Shown: one piece after another, positions 43,302-52,362 of the stretch
How the letters are laid out: every line of letters begins with the position of its first letter
How positions within the stretch are numbered: the stretch's first letter is position 1
Assembly (NCBI GenBank): GCA_016293205.1
Contig: JAEDES010000005.1
Location: 1 to 55,623, forward strand
Source: Bacilli bacterium
Lineage (GTDB): Bacteria; Bacillota_I; Bacilli_A; RF39; UBA660
Length of the DNA stretch: 55,623 nt
Direction of reading: 5' to 3'
Made by a program: the position numbers and the translations under genes
Notes under the pieces: generated by a model
What the model was told of the DNA's origin: nothing
What the model saw: only the letters and a program-made list of their open reading frames with translations
Database searches by the model: none

Positions 43302-44399
43302 ATGTTAGATATAGCTTTGAAATTATTAGATGAGATTACAAGTTATGGATTTCAAGCATATATTGTTGGAGGATTTGTCAGAGATTATATTCTAGGAATT
43401 GAATCTAATGATATAGATATTAATACTAATGCAACACCTAAAGAGATTAAGAATATATTTGATAGTTGTTTACCTAATGAAGATTATGGTTCAGTTACTG
43501 TTATTAAGAAAGGTGTTAGATTTGAAATAACTACTTTTAGAAAAGAAATGTCTTATCTTGATAATCGTAGACCTAGTCAAATTGAATATATAGATGATTT
43601 ATATCAAGATTTATTGAGAAGAGATTTTACTATTAATACTTTATGTATGAATAAAGATGGAGAGATCATTGATTTTTTAGGTGGTAGAAGCGAAATTGAT
43701 AGCAGAGTAGTGAAAACGGTAGGGAATGCTAAAACTCGTTTTGAGGAGGATTCTTTACGTATTTTAAGAGCAGTTAGATTCGCTACAATATTAGATTTTA
43801 AATTAGATAAAGAAACTAGGGATGCTATTATAGATACTAGAGAATTACTTAAGAATTTATCTTATTATAGAAAGAAAGAAGAATTAGATAAGATATTTGG
43901 AAGTAGTAATGCTGCTAAAGGTATTTCTTTATTACTTGATTTAGGATTAGATAAATATTTAGAATTAGATAATTTAGATAAAGTTACATGTACTAGTAGT
44001 TTAATTGGTGTATGGAGTATTTTAAATGTAGTTGATAAATATCCATTTAATAGTAATGAAAGAGAATTAATTAAAAATATTAATGAGGCTTTCTTATTAA
44101 ATAATTTAGATCCTATGGCTTTATATAAGTATGGATTATATGTTAATAGTGTTGCAGGAGAGATTAAAGGACTTGATATTAAGAATATAACAGAATCTTA
44201 TAATAACTTAATTATTCAAAGTAGAAGGGATTTAGATATTACTAGTGATGATATTATGAAAGGACTTAATAAAGGCCCTGGAAGCTATTTAAAGGATATA
44301 TATAGTGATATTGAAAGAGAAGTTCTATATAGAAGAGTTAAGAATGAAAAAGACGCTATAATGACTTATATTATTAAGAATTACAAGGTAGAGAATTAG
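43302..44399 (+). CDS. cca: CCA-adding tRNA nucleotidyltransferase / poly(A) polymerase family
   Basis: GGFVRDYILG..NDIDI, RRDFTIN and EDSLRILRAVRF motifs. Confidence 0.88.
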   Translation: MLDIALKLLDEITSYGFQAYIVGGFVRDYILGIESNDIDINTNATPKEIKNIFDSCLPNEDYGSVTVIKKGVRFEITTFRKEMSYLDNRRPSQIEYIDDLYQDLLRRDFTINTLCMNKDGEIIDFLGGRSEIDSRVVKTVGNAKTRFEEDSLRILRAVRFATILDFKLDKETRDAIIDTRELLKNLSYYRKKEELDKIFGSSNAAKGISLLLDLGLDKYLELDNLDKVTCTSSLIGVWSILNVVDKYPFNSNERELIKNINEAFLLNNLDPMALYKYGLYVNSVAGEIKGLDIKNITESYNNLIIQSRRDLDITSDDIMKGLNKGPGSYLKDIYSDIEREVLYRRVKNEKDAIMTYIIKNYKVEN

Positions 44400-44417
44400 A
44401 CTTCTACCTTTTTTTAT
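44385..44417 (+). terminator. rho-independent terminator after cca
   Basis: AAGGTAGAG...CTTCTACCTT followed by 7 T. Confidence 0.75.
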
Positions 44418-44449
44418 GTTATTATATTGGTATTAATGGAGATGATATT

Positions 44450-45130
44450 ATGAAAAGTTCGAAATTAATTGAGATTTTTAAACAAGGAAATATGGTTATA
44501 CCATTATATTTATTACAACATTTTAAGGATTTAAAACTTAAATTAGAAGAATTTATATTTCTTATGTATTTATATAATTTAGGAGATAACTTTGTATTTG
44601 ATCCTACCAAGTTTAGTAATGATTTAAATATGACATTAGTTGAAGTTATGAGCTTTATTGAAGTTCTTACTGATAAGAAATTTATTAGAGTAGAATCTAA
44701 AAAGAATGATAAAGGTATAATGGAAGAATTTATTATTATGGATGATTTCTATAGTAAACTTACTTTAATTACAATTGATGAAGTTAATAAAGAGACTAAT
44801 GATGCTTCTAAGTCTGATATATTTGAAGTTATACAAAAGGAATTTGGTCGTACAATAAGTCCAATTGAATATGAAATTATTAAAGCTTGGATTGAAAGTG
44901 GAATTAATGAAAGTGTTATTAAGGAAGCTGTTAAAGAAGCGACATTTAATGGAGTATCTAATTTACGTTATATTGATAAGATTCTATATGAATGGGGAAA
45001 ACTTGGTGTTAAAACAGTAGAAGATGTTGAAAAGAATAGAATGAAACATAATAATACTAATAAGAATCAAGTTAATGAAGAAGTTGATATGGATGTAATA
45101 GAATGGAATTGGTTTGATGATGATGAGTAG
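44450..45130 (+). CDS. dnaD: DnaD-domain replication initiation/membrane attachment protein
   Basis: C-terminal DnaD domain (ISPIEYEIIKAWIE...LRYIDKILYEWGKLGVKTVEDV), with synteny to nth. Confidence 0.85.
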   Translation: MKSSKLIEIFKQGNMVIPLYLLQHFKDLKLKLEEFIFLMYLYNLGDNFVFDPTKFSNDLNMTLVEVMSFIEVLTDKKFIRVESKKNDKGIMEEFIIMDDFYSKLTLITIDEVNKETNDASKSDIFEVIQKEFGRTISPIEYEIIKAWIESGINESVIKEAVKEATFNGVSNLRYIDKILYEWGKLGVKTVEDVEKNRMKHNNTNKNQVNEEVDMDVIEWNWFDDDE

Positions 45131-45743
45131 AATAGAAGAATATTTAGATGAGTTATTTAGTGAACCTAAGTGTGAATTAAATTATACTAAGGATTATGAA
45201 TTATTAATTGCAATTATGTTAAGTGCTCAATCTACTGATAAAAGAGTTAATAGTGTTACACCAATATTATTTGAAAAGTATCCTAGTTTAAGTGATTTAA
45301 AAAATGCAGATATTGCTGATTTAGAAGAGATTATTCGATCAGTAGGTTCTTTTAGAAAAAAGAGTATGTATATTAAAGGCATTAGCCGTATGCTTGATGA
45401 AGAATGTGGGGGAGTTGTTCCAACTGATAGGGAATATCTTGAAAGTATGCCAGGTATTGGACGTAAGACTACTAATGTATTTTTAAGTGAGTTTTATAAT
45501 TATCCGGCAATTGCAGTTGATACTCATGTGGAAAGAGTTTCTAAGAGATTAGGACTTGCTCCTAAGAATAGTGATGTGTTAAAAGTAGAGAGATGTTTAC
45601 AACGTAAGTTTAAAAAAGAACTTTGGAGCAAGCGACATTTACAATTAGTTTTATTTGGAAGATATCATTGTAAAGCAGTTAAACCAGAATGTATTAATTG
45701 CAAATTACAAGATTTATGCAAAGAAAAAAGAAAGAATATTTAA
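45117..45743 (+). CDS. nth: endonuclease III
   Basis: HhH-GPD region (MPGIGRKTTNVFL, VDTHV) and the FeS cluster CKAVKPECINCKLQDLC. Three consecutive ATGs make the start uncertain by 1-2 codons. Confidence 0.93.
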   Translation: MMMSRIEEYLDELFSEPKCELNYTKDYELLIAIMLSAQSTDKRVNSVTPILFEKYPSLSDLKNADIADLEEIIRSVGSFRKKSMYIKGISRMLDEECGGVVPTDREYLESMPGIGRKTTNVFLSEFYNYPAIAVDTHVERVSKRLGLAPKNSDVLKVERCLQRKFKKELWSKRHLQLVLFGRYHCKAVKPECINCKLQDLCKEKRKNI

Positions 45744-45760
45744 TTCTTTCTTTTATTTTT
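45724..45760. terminator. bidirectional terminator between nth and ponA
   Basis: GAAAGAAT-attta-ATTCTTTC flanked by an A-run and a T-run. Confidence 0.75.
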
Positions 45761-48448
45761 TTATTGTCCAGTAGTTGGCTTGTTTGTAGGATTTGTTGGA
45801 GTAGTAGGAGTTGTTGGTTTATCTGTGTTTTCTTTATCCTTATCTTCTTCTTTATCCTTTTCTTCTTCTAATTCAAATGTTGCTGGTTCTGTTTGAATAC
45901 CAGTATATGATTTATAAGTTCCAACTACTTTATATGTTGCATATGGATCAGTTGTATCTAATACATATGTAGTTTTTGTTGTCCAGTCGATTAATGTTCC
46001 ATCTTTATAGATGTTATAACCGAATGTTCCGTAATTTCCGTAGTTACCACTGAATGTTACTGGAGACCATGATAATGTAACTTTCTTAGTTAATTTATTG
46101 TATACTGCTTTAAAGTTATTTGGTTTTGCTATCTTCTTGTCATCGTATTCATCTGGTTCATAACCTTTTTTGAAGTATTCATATATTATTTCAGTTGTTC
46201 CAGGTCCAGCAAGTTTTGGAGGATTAGATCCTACTGCTACACCAACTTTAACAACGCTTGATGGTTGTTTAAAGTCAGCTCTATTTGATTCCATTGCACC
46301 TGATGCAACTAATGCTTTAAATAATTTATCTTTTTGAACTGTTGCAGGAATATTTCTTAAACAGTAAACTTTATCGATGTAGTCATATCCATACCACATA
46401 CCGATTACTGTTTTAGTAGAGTATCCTACAACCCATGAATCTCTGATTGCATCCCATGGTAATTGTTTTTGTTGCATTGTTTTAGCATCATAGTTTGTTG
46501 TTCCTGTTTTACATGCAACATTATGAGGTGTTCCACCAGTTAATGCTACGTCTTGTAATACATCTGTAATCATGAATGCTGTTGCATCTGACATTACTTT
46601 TCTTTTTACTACATAATTTGTTTCGTTGTGTTCTTCAGTTTCTCCTGTAGAACGATATTCTATTTTTCTTACACTCCAAGGTTCATTATAATATCCACCG
46701 TTTGCGAATGCTGCATATGCTGCAGCCATTTCTAATGGGTTAGTTCCTGTGAAGGCTCCAATTGAATGAGCTTCGTGAATTCTTCCTCCAGATATTTCTG
46801 GGGATAATCCTAAGTTTGTTACAAATTCAACAATCTTTTTATTATTAACTTGTTGGAAGGCTTTTAATGCAGGGATGTTACGAGATGTTGATAAAGCTCT
46901 TCTTAATGTAATAGTTCCGAAGTATCCACCATCCCAGTTGTTAATTGTTTGACCACTTGAGTATTGATATGGTGCATCATCAAATAAAGTATATGTTGAC
47001 CAGTTATTATATTCAATACCTGGACCATAATCGAATAATGGTTTTGCAGTAGAACCAGGTTGTCTTCTAATGCTTGTAGCATAGTTCTTTTGTTTTTTCT
47101 TACCAGCAATTCTATCACCAATATTTCGTCCATTTCCAATTGCTAAGATTTTTCCATCTTCAGCATTTAATACTGCTGCTGAAGATTGTACTTTATCATT
47201 TATCCATTGATAAGTTTGTCCATTATATACAGAATTTACGGCGTTTTGTTTTGATGTATCTAAGTTTGTATATACTTTTAATGATACTGTATATGGGTCA
47301 ACTCCATATTTTTCTTGTAATTCTGCTGCTACTGTATCAATATATCCTTGATATGGGTTAGCACTAGCTTCTATTGGTACTGTTAAACTTTCAACAGGAA
47401 TTGCATTGGCTGCAGCTCTTTCTTCTTTAGTGATATATCCATGTCTTTCCATTAAGTATAAAACGGTACTTCTTCTTTTTTCTGCGTTTTCTGGATTAGC
47501 ATTTGGTCTATAGTAGTTAGGGGACCTAAACATACCGGCAATAATTGCTGCTTCTGATAAGTTTAATTCACTTGCACTCTTACCAAAGTAGGTTTGTGCA
47601 GCTTCTTCAACACCATAAATCATTCCACCTAAGAAGTGGTTATTAACATAGAATTCAATAATTTCTTGTTTTGTATAATTCTTTTCAACTTTAAACATTG
47701 CTAAGTAAATATCTTCAAACTTACGAATAATACCAGCAAGTCCTGAATCTAAATCTTTATCTGTGAATACGTTTTTAACAACTTGCATTGTTAGAGTAGA
47801 AGCACCACCGGCATTTGAATCTCCAAGTACTTGTCCAATTGATGCTTTTATGAAACGTGGAGCATCAAATCCATTATGTTGGAAGAATCTTGAATCTTCT
47901 GTTGCGATGATGGCATCGATTAATACCTCTGGCAATTCTTCATATGTAACTTTTTCTCTTTTTTCAACTCCAAGCTTTGCAAATTCTTTATCATCTTTGT
48001 TATAAAGAATTGTTAACTCTTTTGCATTTAATGCAGAAGGTTTAAATCTTGGCTCTGCAACACTCTTGATATACATGATGAATGAACCAAAAGCAATGAT
48101 TCCTAAAATACCAATTGTTAATGTAAATACTATTAAGAATGTAACAACACGTCTACGTCTCTTCGGATTCTTAATTTGTCTTAATAATAAAGTTAAACCT
48201 GTAATTCCTAAAACACCTGCAGCTGCAATAGCGGCTATTTCTAATCCATAGATTAAATAGAATAGAAGGATAGATACCAATATTAATCCAATACAGATTA
48301 ATTGGGCACTTCTATCTCCACGAGTATATTTAGGTTTTACTCTAGTTTTAATTTTTTTATTATTAGGTGATTTAGTTTTTTGTTTTTTAATTTTAGGTTT
48401 AATTTTCTTATTTTGACTATTAGGTCTTTTTAATTTTAATTTTTTCAT
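45761..48448 (-). CDS. ponA: bifunctional class A penicillin-binding protein (PBP1A-type) with basic N-terminal tail and C-terminal FN3-like domain plus P/T-rich tail
   Basis: The glycosyltransferase motif is EDSRFFQHNGFD. Transpeptidase motifs are STAK, SRN and KTGT. Forms the recU-ponA operon with a 4-nt overlap. Confidence 0.93.
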   Translation of the reverse strand: MKKLKLKRPNSQNKKIKPKIKKQKTKSPNNKKIKTRVKPKYTRGDRSAQLICIGLILVSILLFYLIYGLEIAAIAAAGVLGITGLTLLLRQIKNPKRRRRVVTFLIVFTLTIGILGIIAFGSFIMYIKSVAEPRFKPSALNAKELTILYNKDDKEFAKLGVEKREKVTYEELPEVLIDAIIATEDSRFFQHNGFDAPRFIKASIGQVLGDSNAGGASTLTMQVVKNVFTDKDLDSGLAGIIRKFEDIYLAMFKVEKNYTKQEIIEFYVNNHFLGGMIYGVEEAAQTYFGKSASELNLSEAAIIAGMFRSPNYYRPNANPENAEKRRSTVLYLMERHGYITKEERAAANAIPVESLTVPIEASANPYQGYIDTVAAELQEKYGVDPYTVSLKVYTNLDTSKQNAVNSVYNGQTYQWINDKVQSSAAVLNAEDGKILAIGNGRNIGDRIAGKKKQKNYATSIRRQPGSTAKPLFDYGPGIEYNNWSTYTLFDDAPYQYSSGQTINNWDGGYFGTITLRRALSTSRNIPALKAFQQVNNKKIVEFVTNLGLSPEISGGRIHEAHSIGAFTGTNPLEMAAAYAAFANGGYYNEPWSVRKIEYRSTGETEEHNETNYVVKRKVMSDATAFMITDVLQDVALTGGTPHNVACKTGTTNYDAKTMQQKQLPWDAIRDSWVVGYSTKTVIGMWYGYDYIDKVYCLRNIPATVQKDKLFKALVASGAMESNRADFKQPSSVVKVGVAVGSNPPKLAGPGTTEIIYEYFKKGYEPDEYDDKKIAKPNNFKAVYNKLTKKVTLSWSPVTFSGNYGNYGTFGYNIYKDGTLIDWTTKTTYVLDTTDPYATYKVVGTYKSYTGIQTEPATFELEEEKDKEEDKDKENTDKPTTPTTPTNPTNKPTTGQ

Positions 48449-49029
48449 ATTTTACCTCCAATTAGAATGTCTACCACTTTTAAATAGTCAATTCTTGGTC
48501 TATAACCATCTTTTATTAGATAAGCATCTGTTTTAAAATATTCTAATGGTACTGATTTTTTATCATTATTATTTATATAATTTAAAAATCTTTCTGCTGT
48601 TATTAAATAAGTTTCATTTAAAGTTGTGAACCTTACTATAATAAAAGCAATTCCACCATTATTATCAATGTTTTCTAAATGTTTAATTTGATGTGGATGA
48701 ATATTTGTTAAAGCAAAGGCTGTTTTACTTTTGGTTTCTTTTGCTTCAAAGTCAATGTATTTCCCTTTATATAATCCGTTGTAATCTGTAGTTGATGGGG
48801 TAGAGAAGTAAGCTTCTTTAATTACTGCTTTATTCTTTGAAGGAAAATCTACATTTACTATTTTGATTGGAGTAGGTTTTTTATAAATGAATGCTTTTCC
48901 TATTTCAATATAGTATTCATTTGATTGATTTATTTCTCCTTCTAAAGTCATTCCTCTATTTTTATAATCAACAGGTTTTGTTGATATATCAATGTTTTGA
49001 GGCTTTTTTATACCATTTGGATAATTCAT
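48445..49029 (-). CDS. recU: Holliday junction resolvase RecU
   Basis: GLYKGKYIDFEAKETKSKTAFAL is the RecU catalytic region. SD is GGTGA. Confidence 0.93.
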   Translation of the reverse strand: MNYPNGIKKPQNIDISTKPVDYKNRGMTLEGEINQSNEYYIEIGKAFIYKKPTPIKIVNVDFPSKNKAVIKEAYFSTPSTTDYNGLYKGKYIDFEAKETKSKTAFALTNIHPHQIKHLENIDNNGGIAFIIVRFTTLNETYLITAERFLNYINNNDKKSVPLEYFKTDAYLIKDGYRPRIDYLKVVDILIGGKI

Positions 49030-49266
49030 CTCATCACCTATCTTTTATTATACTATAATAATATTAAATTTTCCATAAAAATTAATATGTATTTTTTTAA
49101 GAAGTATTGTCGTATTTGTTGATAAAAATAATTTTTTGATTATGATTATTTTAGGTGAATTTAATGAATAATTTTGAAATTATTAAAATATTTGATAGAA
49201 TGTTAAGTATGACTCGAAGTATTTCAGTAGAGTCTCAAGTGGCCTTTATAAAGAGGTCGTTATCAA

Positions 49267-49295
49267 TTGACAAAAATAGGTATTAATGACATAAT
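49267..49295 (+). promoter_or_regulatory. sigma-A-type promoter upstream of gpsB
   Basis: TTGACA (49267-49272), 17 nt spacer, CATAAT (49290-49295). Confidence 0.6.
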
Positions 49296-49320
49296 ATTAA
49301 TGTAAGGGATTGGTGATAAA

Positions 49321-49668
49321 ATGTATCAAAATAAGATTTCACTTAAGCCACAAGATATCCTAGAAAAAGAGTTTAAAATTGATACTCGAGGATATAGATT
49401 AAAAGAAGTTGATCAATTTTTAGATACTATTATTGGTGACTATGAACAATTTCTTAATATTATTAATAGTTTAGAAAAAGAAAAAGCTGAATTAATGGCG
49501 GAAATTATGTCATTAAAACAAGAACTTCGTAATTCTAGGCTTAGTGTAGAAGTTGCACGTAATAATGTTGATAATACTGAAGTTACTAATATTGATATTA
49601 TTAAAAGATTATCACAACTTGAAAAGATGGTTTACGGATCAAAAGATAGTAAAAAAGATGAAGAATAG
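49321..49668 (+). CDS. gpsB: cell-cycle protein GpsB (DivIVA-domain)
   Basis: LKPQDILEKEFKIDTRGYRLKEVDQFLDTIIGDYE is the GpsB/DivIVA N-terminal domain, and the protein has a short coiled coil. Confidence 0.9.
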   Translation: MYQNKISLKPQDILEKEFKIDTRGYRLKEVDQFLDTIIGDYEQFLNIINSLEKEKAELMAEIMSLKQELRNSRLSVEVARNNVDNTEVTNIDIIKRLSQLEKMVYGSKDSKKDEE

Positions 49669-50014
49669 TATATAGACAAACGCTGGAGTCCTTGAGACTC
49701 TTGAGGAAAGTCCATGCTCTCACAGTCTGCGATGACTGTAGTGTTCGTGCCTAGGGAACAAATAACCTAGGGTAGTTTAACTAACGGCGAAGATGAATCT
49801 AAGTTTTTTAATATGATTCTATTCATAAAGTGCCGCAGTGACGATGCTTTTGGAAACAAAAGAGTGAAACGTGGTAAACCCCGCGAGAGAGAAATCCAAA
49901 ATTGGTAGGAGAGTCCTAACGAAAGAATTGAATGGAGTTAGGGACCGGGAAACTGGTAGATAAATGTTTGTCGCCTAGGAAACTAGGAACAGAACATGGC
50001 TTATTTATATTATT
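49664..50014 (+). ncRNA. rnpB: RNase P RNA, type B
   Basis: P4 strands are GAGGAAAGTCC (49703-49713) and ACAGAACATGGCTTA (49989-50003). Internal AAGTGCCGCAGTGACGA, GGTAAACCCC and AATTGGTAGG blocks match the B. subtilis-type RNA as I recall it. Proposed P1 pairs 49664-49672 with 50006-50014, so the ends are approximate. Confidence 0.9.
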
Positions 50015-50035
50015 GTTATTTAGATGAGGTGAAGA

Positions 50036-50524
50036 ATGAAAGAGTTAGGCGAATATTTAAAGCATACTAGAGTCGATAACGGCGTTAGTCTTGCTGAAGC
50101 AGCAGAAGATCTTGAACTTTCAACATCTCAATTAGAAAATATTGAAAGTGGTAATGTTAGAGCTTTTAAAGATGTTTATAATTTAAAACAATATGTTAAA
50201 CAATATGCTAAATATTTAGGACTTGATCCTGAAAAAGTAGTAGATGAATTTAATGGTTTTTTATTTGAACATACTTCTAAGATTTCATTAGATGATATAC
50301 TTGCTGCACAAAAAAAATTAGAAGAAAAAGAGAAAAAGGCAATTTCTCCTTATACTAAGCCGGTTAAAAAGAAGGTGTCTATATTACCTTTTATTTTAGC
50401 TATTTTATGTGTAGTGGTGTTATTTGCTATTATCTATGTTATTGTAAGTAATATTAATAAAGCTCCAACACAAGTAGATGAATTGATGCCAAGAGAGGAG
50501 TGTGTTTATGAATTTACCTACTAA
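50036..50524 (+). CDS. RodZ-like (YmfM-like) HTH membrane protein
   Basis: N-terminal Xre-type HTH (LGEYLKHTRVDNGVSLAEAAEDLELSTSQLENIESGN) plus a single TM segment. It sits upstream of pgsA, as ymfM does in B. subtilis. It is short and lacks a long extracellular domain. Confidence 0.75.
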   Translation: MKELGEYLKHTRVDNGVSLAEAAEDLELSTSQLENIESGNVRAFKDVYNLKQYVKQYAKYLGLDPEKVVDEFNGFLFEHTSKISLDDILAAQKKLEEKEKKAISPYTKPVKKKVSILPFILAILCVVVLFAIIYVIVSNINKAPTQVDELMPREECVYEFTY

Positions 50525-51107
50525 GCTTACTGTATTAAGACTAATTTTATCATTAGTAATTGTTGGACTTTTATGTTTTCCATTTCATGCATTTGGATTA
50601 ACATTCCCAGTGTTTGATTTTTATGGAGTACAAGTAGAACTACAATATATTATTGCAGGAGTAATTTTTATCGTTGCTAGTTTAACTGACTGGTTAGATG
50701 GATATATTGCCCGTAAATATAATATGGTAACTGATACTGGTAAAATGTTAGATGCTATTGCCGATAAAGCTTTAGTAAATACAGTATTAATTATTTTAGC
50801 AGCTCAAGGATTTGTTCATGTAATCGTTCCTGTAGTTATTGTATTAAGAGATATCGTTGTTAATGCAATTAAGATGGAAGCAGCTGGTAAAGGTAAAGTT
50901 GTTGCAGCTATTGGATCTGGAAAATTAAAGACAGCTTCATTAATGGTTGGTACAACATTAGCATTTTTCTATAATATTCCATTTGTATTCTTACACGTTA
51001 GTGTAGATCAATTCTTATTATATTTTGCATGTATTATGTCAATAATTTCTGCAGTTCAATATTTCAATATGAACAAAGATATTATTTTTCCTAGTAAAGC
51101 AAAATAA
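50508..51107 (+). CDS. pgsA: CDP-diacylglycerol--glycerol-3-phosphate 3-phosphatidyltransferase
   Basis: CDP-alcohol phosphatidyltransferase motif DWLDGYIARKYNMVTDTGKMLDAIADK. The ATG at 50508 lies after GAGGAG. Confidence 0.92.
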   Translation: MNLPTKLTVLRLILSLVIVGLLCFPFHAFGLTFPVFDFYGVQVELQYIIAGVIFIVASLTDWLDGYIARKYNMVTDTGKMLDAIADKALVNTVLIILAAQGFVHVIVPVVIVLRDIVVNAIKMEAAGKGKVVAAIGSGKLKTASLMVGTTLAFFYNIPFVFLHVSVDQFLLYFACIMSIISAVQYFNMNKDIIFPSKAK

Positions 51108-51130
51108 TTAATTCAGAATATTATTAGTAT

Positions 51131-51161
51131 AAAAACTTCTTATTTGTTAAGAAGTTTTTTT
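51131..51161 (+). terminator. rho-independent terminator after pgsA
   Basis: AAAAACTTCTTA-tttgt-TAAGAAGTTTTT followed by Ts. Confidence 0.85.
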
Positions 51162-51193
51162 ATTTTTGTTTTAATTGGCGTTCAAAATGTATA

Positions 51194-51205
51194 AAACAAT
51201 CGTTC
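51194..51205 (+). promoter_or_regulatory. candidate LexA (Cheo-type) box, one mismatch
   Basis: AAAC-AATC-GTTC compared with GAAC-N4-GTTC, located just upstream of the recA -35. Confidence 0.35.
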
Positions 51206-51214
51206 GATTAGGTA

Positions 51215-51244
51215 TTGACTTTGTGTTGATAAATAATATACAAT
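51215..51244 (+). promoter_or_regulatory. putative recA promoter
   Basis: TTGACT (51215-51220), 18 nt spacer, TACAAT (51239-51244). Confidence 0.5.
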
Positions 51245-51274
51245 GTAAATGTAAGTTATTTATTAGGAGGATAT

Positions 51275-52321
51275 ATGAAATCTGTAAGTAGTGATGCGTC
51301 TAAAGATAAAGCTTTAGAACAAGTATTAAATGATATTGAAAAACAATTCGGTAAAGGTTCAATTATGAAGTTGGGGGATAATAAACACATGAAAGTTGAT
51401 GTTTGTTCTAGTGGATGTTTATCATTAGATATAGCATTAGGTGTTGGAGGATATCCTCGTGGTAGAATTATTGAAATTTATGGACCTGAATCAAGTGGTA
51501 AAACTACATTTGCTTTACAAGCAATTGCTGAACATCAAAAATTAGGTGGAAGAGCAGCATTTATTGATGCAGAGCATGCATTAGATCCGGTTTATGCAGA
51601 AAAACTGGGAGTTAATATTGATGAATTATTATTATCTCAACCTGATACAGGAGAACAAGCTTTAGAAATTTGTGAAGCTTTAGTTCGCAGTGAAGCAATT
51701 AGTATTATTGTAATTGACTCAGTTGCAGCATTAGTTCCACAAGCTGAAATTGATGGAGAAATGGGAGATTCTCATGTAGGATTACAAGCTAGATTAATGT
51801 CTCAAGCATTAAGAAAATTATCAGGTACAATTAATAAAACTAATACTACTTGTATTTTTATAAATCAATTACGTGAAAAAGTTGGAGTTATGTTTGGTAA
51901 TCCAGAAACAACTCCTGGTGGAAGAGCATTAAAATTCTATTCATCTGTACGTCTTGAAATTAGAAGAAATGAACAATTAAAGATGGGAGATGGAATTGTT
52001 GGTAATAAGACAAGTGTTAAAGTTGTTAAGAATAAAGTAGCTCCTCCATTTAAGAGTTGTACTGTTGATATTATGTATGGTGAAGGTGTTTCTCGTGAAG
52101 GAGAAGTTATTGATTTAGCAAGTGAAGCGGGAATTGTTGATAAGACAGGTGCTTGGTATTCTTATCAAGGTGAAAAACTTGGTCAAGGAAAAGAAAATGT
52201 TAAATTACTATTAAAAGATAATCCCGAGTTAAAAGAAGAAATAGAATTAAAAGTTAGAGAATACTATGATATATCTCTAGATGATAAAAAAGATGTAAAA
52301 AAGACTAAAGAAGACAAGTAA
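51275..52321 (+). CDS. recA: recombinase RecA
   Basis: Walker A is GPESSGKTT; the rest is canonical RecA sequence. Confidence 0.98.
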   Translation: MKSVSSDASKDKALEQVLNDIEKQFGKGSIMKLGDNKHMKVDVCSSGCLSLDIALGVGGYPRGRIIEIYGPESSGKTTFALQAIAEHQKLGGRAAFIDAEHALDPVYAEKLGVNIDELLLSQPDTGEQALEICEALVRSEAISIIVIDSVAALVPQAEIDGEMGDSHVGLQARLMSQALRKLSGTINKTNTTCIFINQLREKVGVMFGNPETTPGGRALKFYSSVRLEIRRNEQLKMGDGIVGNKTSVKVVKNKVAPPFKSCTVDIMYGEGVSREGEVIDLASEAGIVDKTGAWYSYQGEKLGQGKENVKLLLKDNPELKEEIELKVREYYDISLDDKKDVKKTKEDK

Positions 52322-52332
52322 TTGTCTTTTTT
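52311..52332 (+). terminator. rho-independent terminator after recA
   Basis: AAGACAA-gtaa-TTGTCTT followed by TTTT. Confidence 0.75.
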
Positions 52333-52362
52333 AGTGTATAATAGTTGTAAGGAGGTAATTTT

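Noticed and set aside
46903-48251. Four short ORFs (46903-47139 -, 47140-47361 +, 47763-48005 +, 48066-48251 +) inside ponA.
   Set aside because: They are out-of-frame or antisense shadows within a clearly coding PBP1A gene. They have no SDs, and such shadows are typical of AT-rich DNA.
49164-49286. 40-codon ORF (MNNFEIIKIFDRMLSMTRSISVESQVAFIKRSLSIDKNRY) with a GGTGA SD, in the recU-gpsB intergenic region where B. subtilis has ypsA.
   Set aside because: It shows no similarity to YpsA or to anything I recognise. The gpsB promoter overlaps its 3' end and it has no terminator. It is not reported as a feature, though a conservation check would be cheap.
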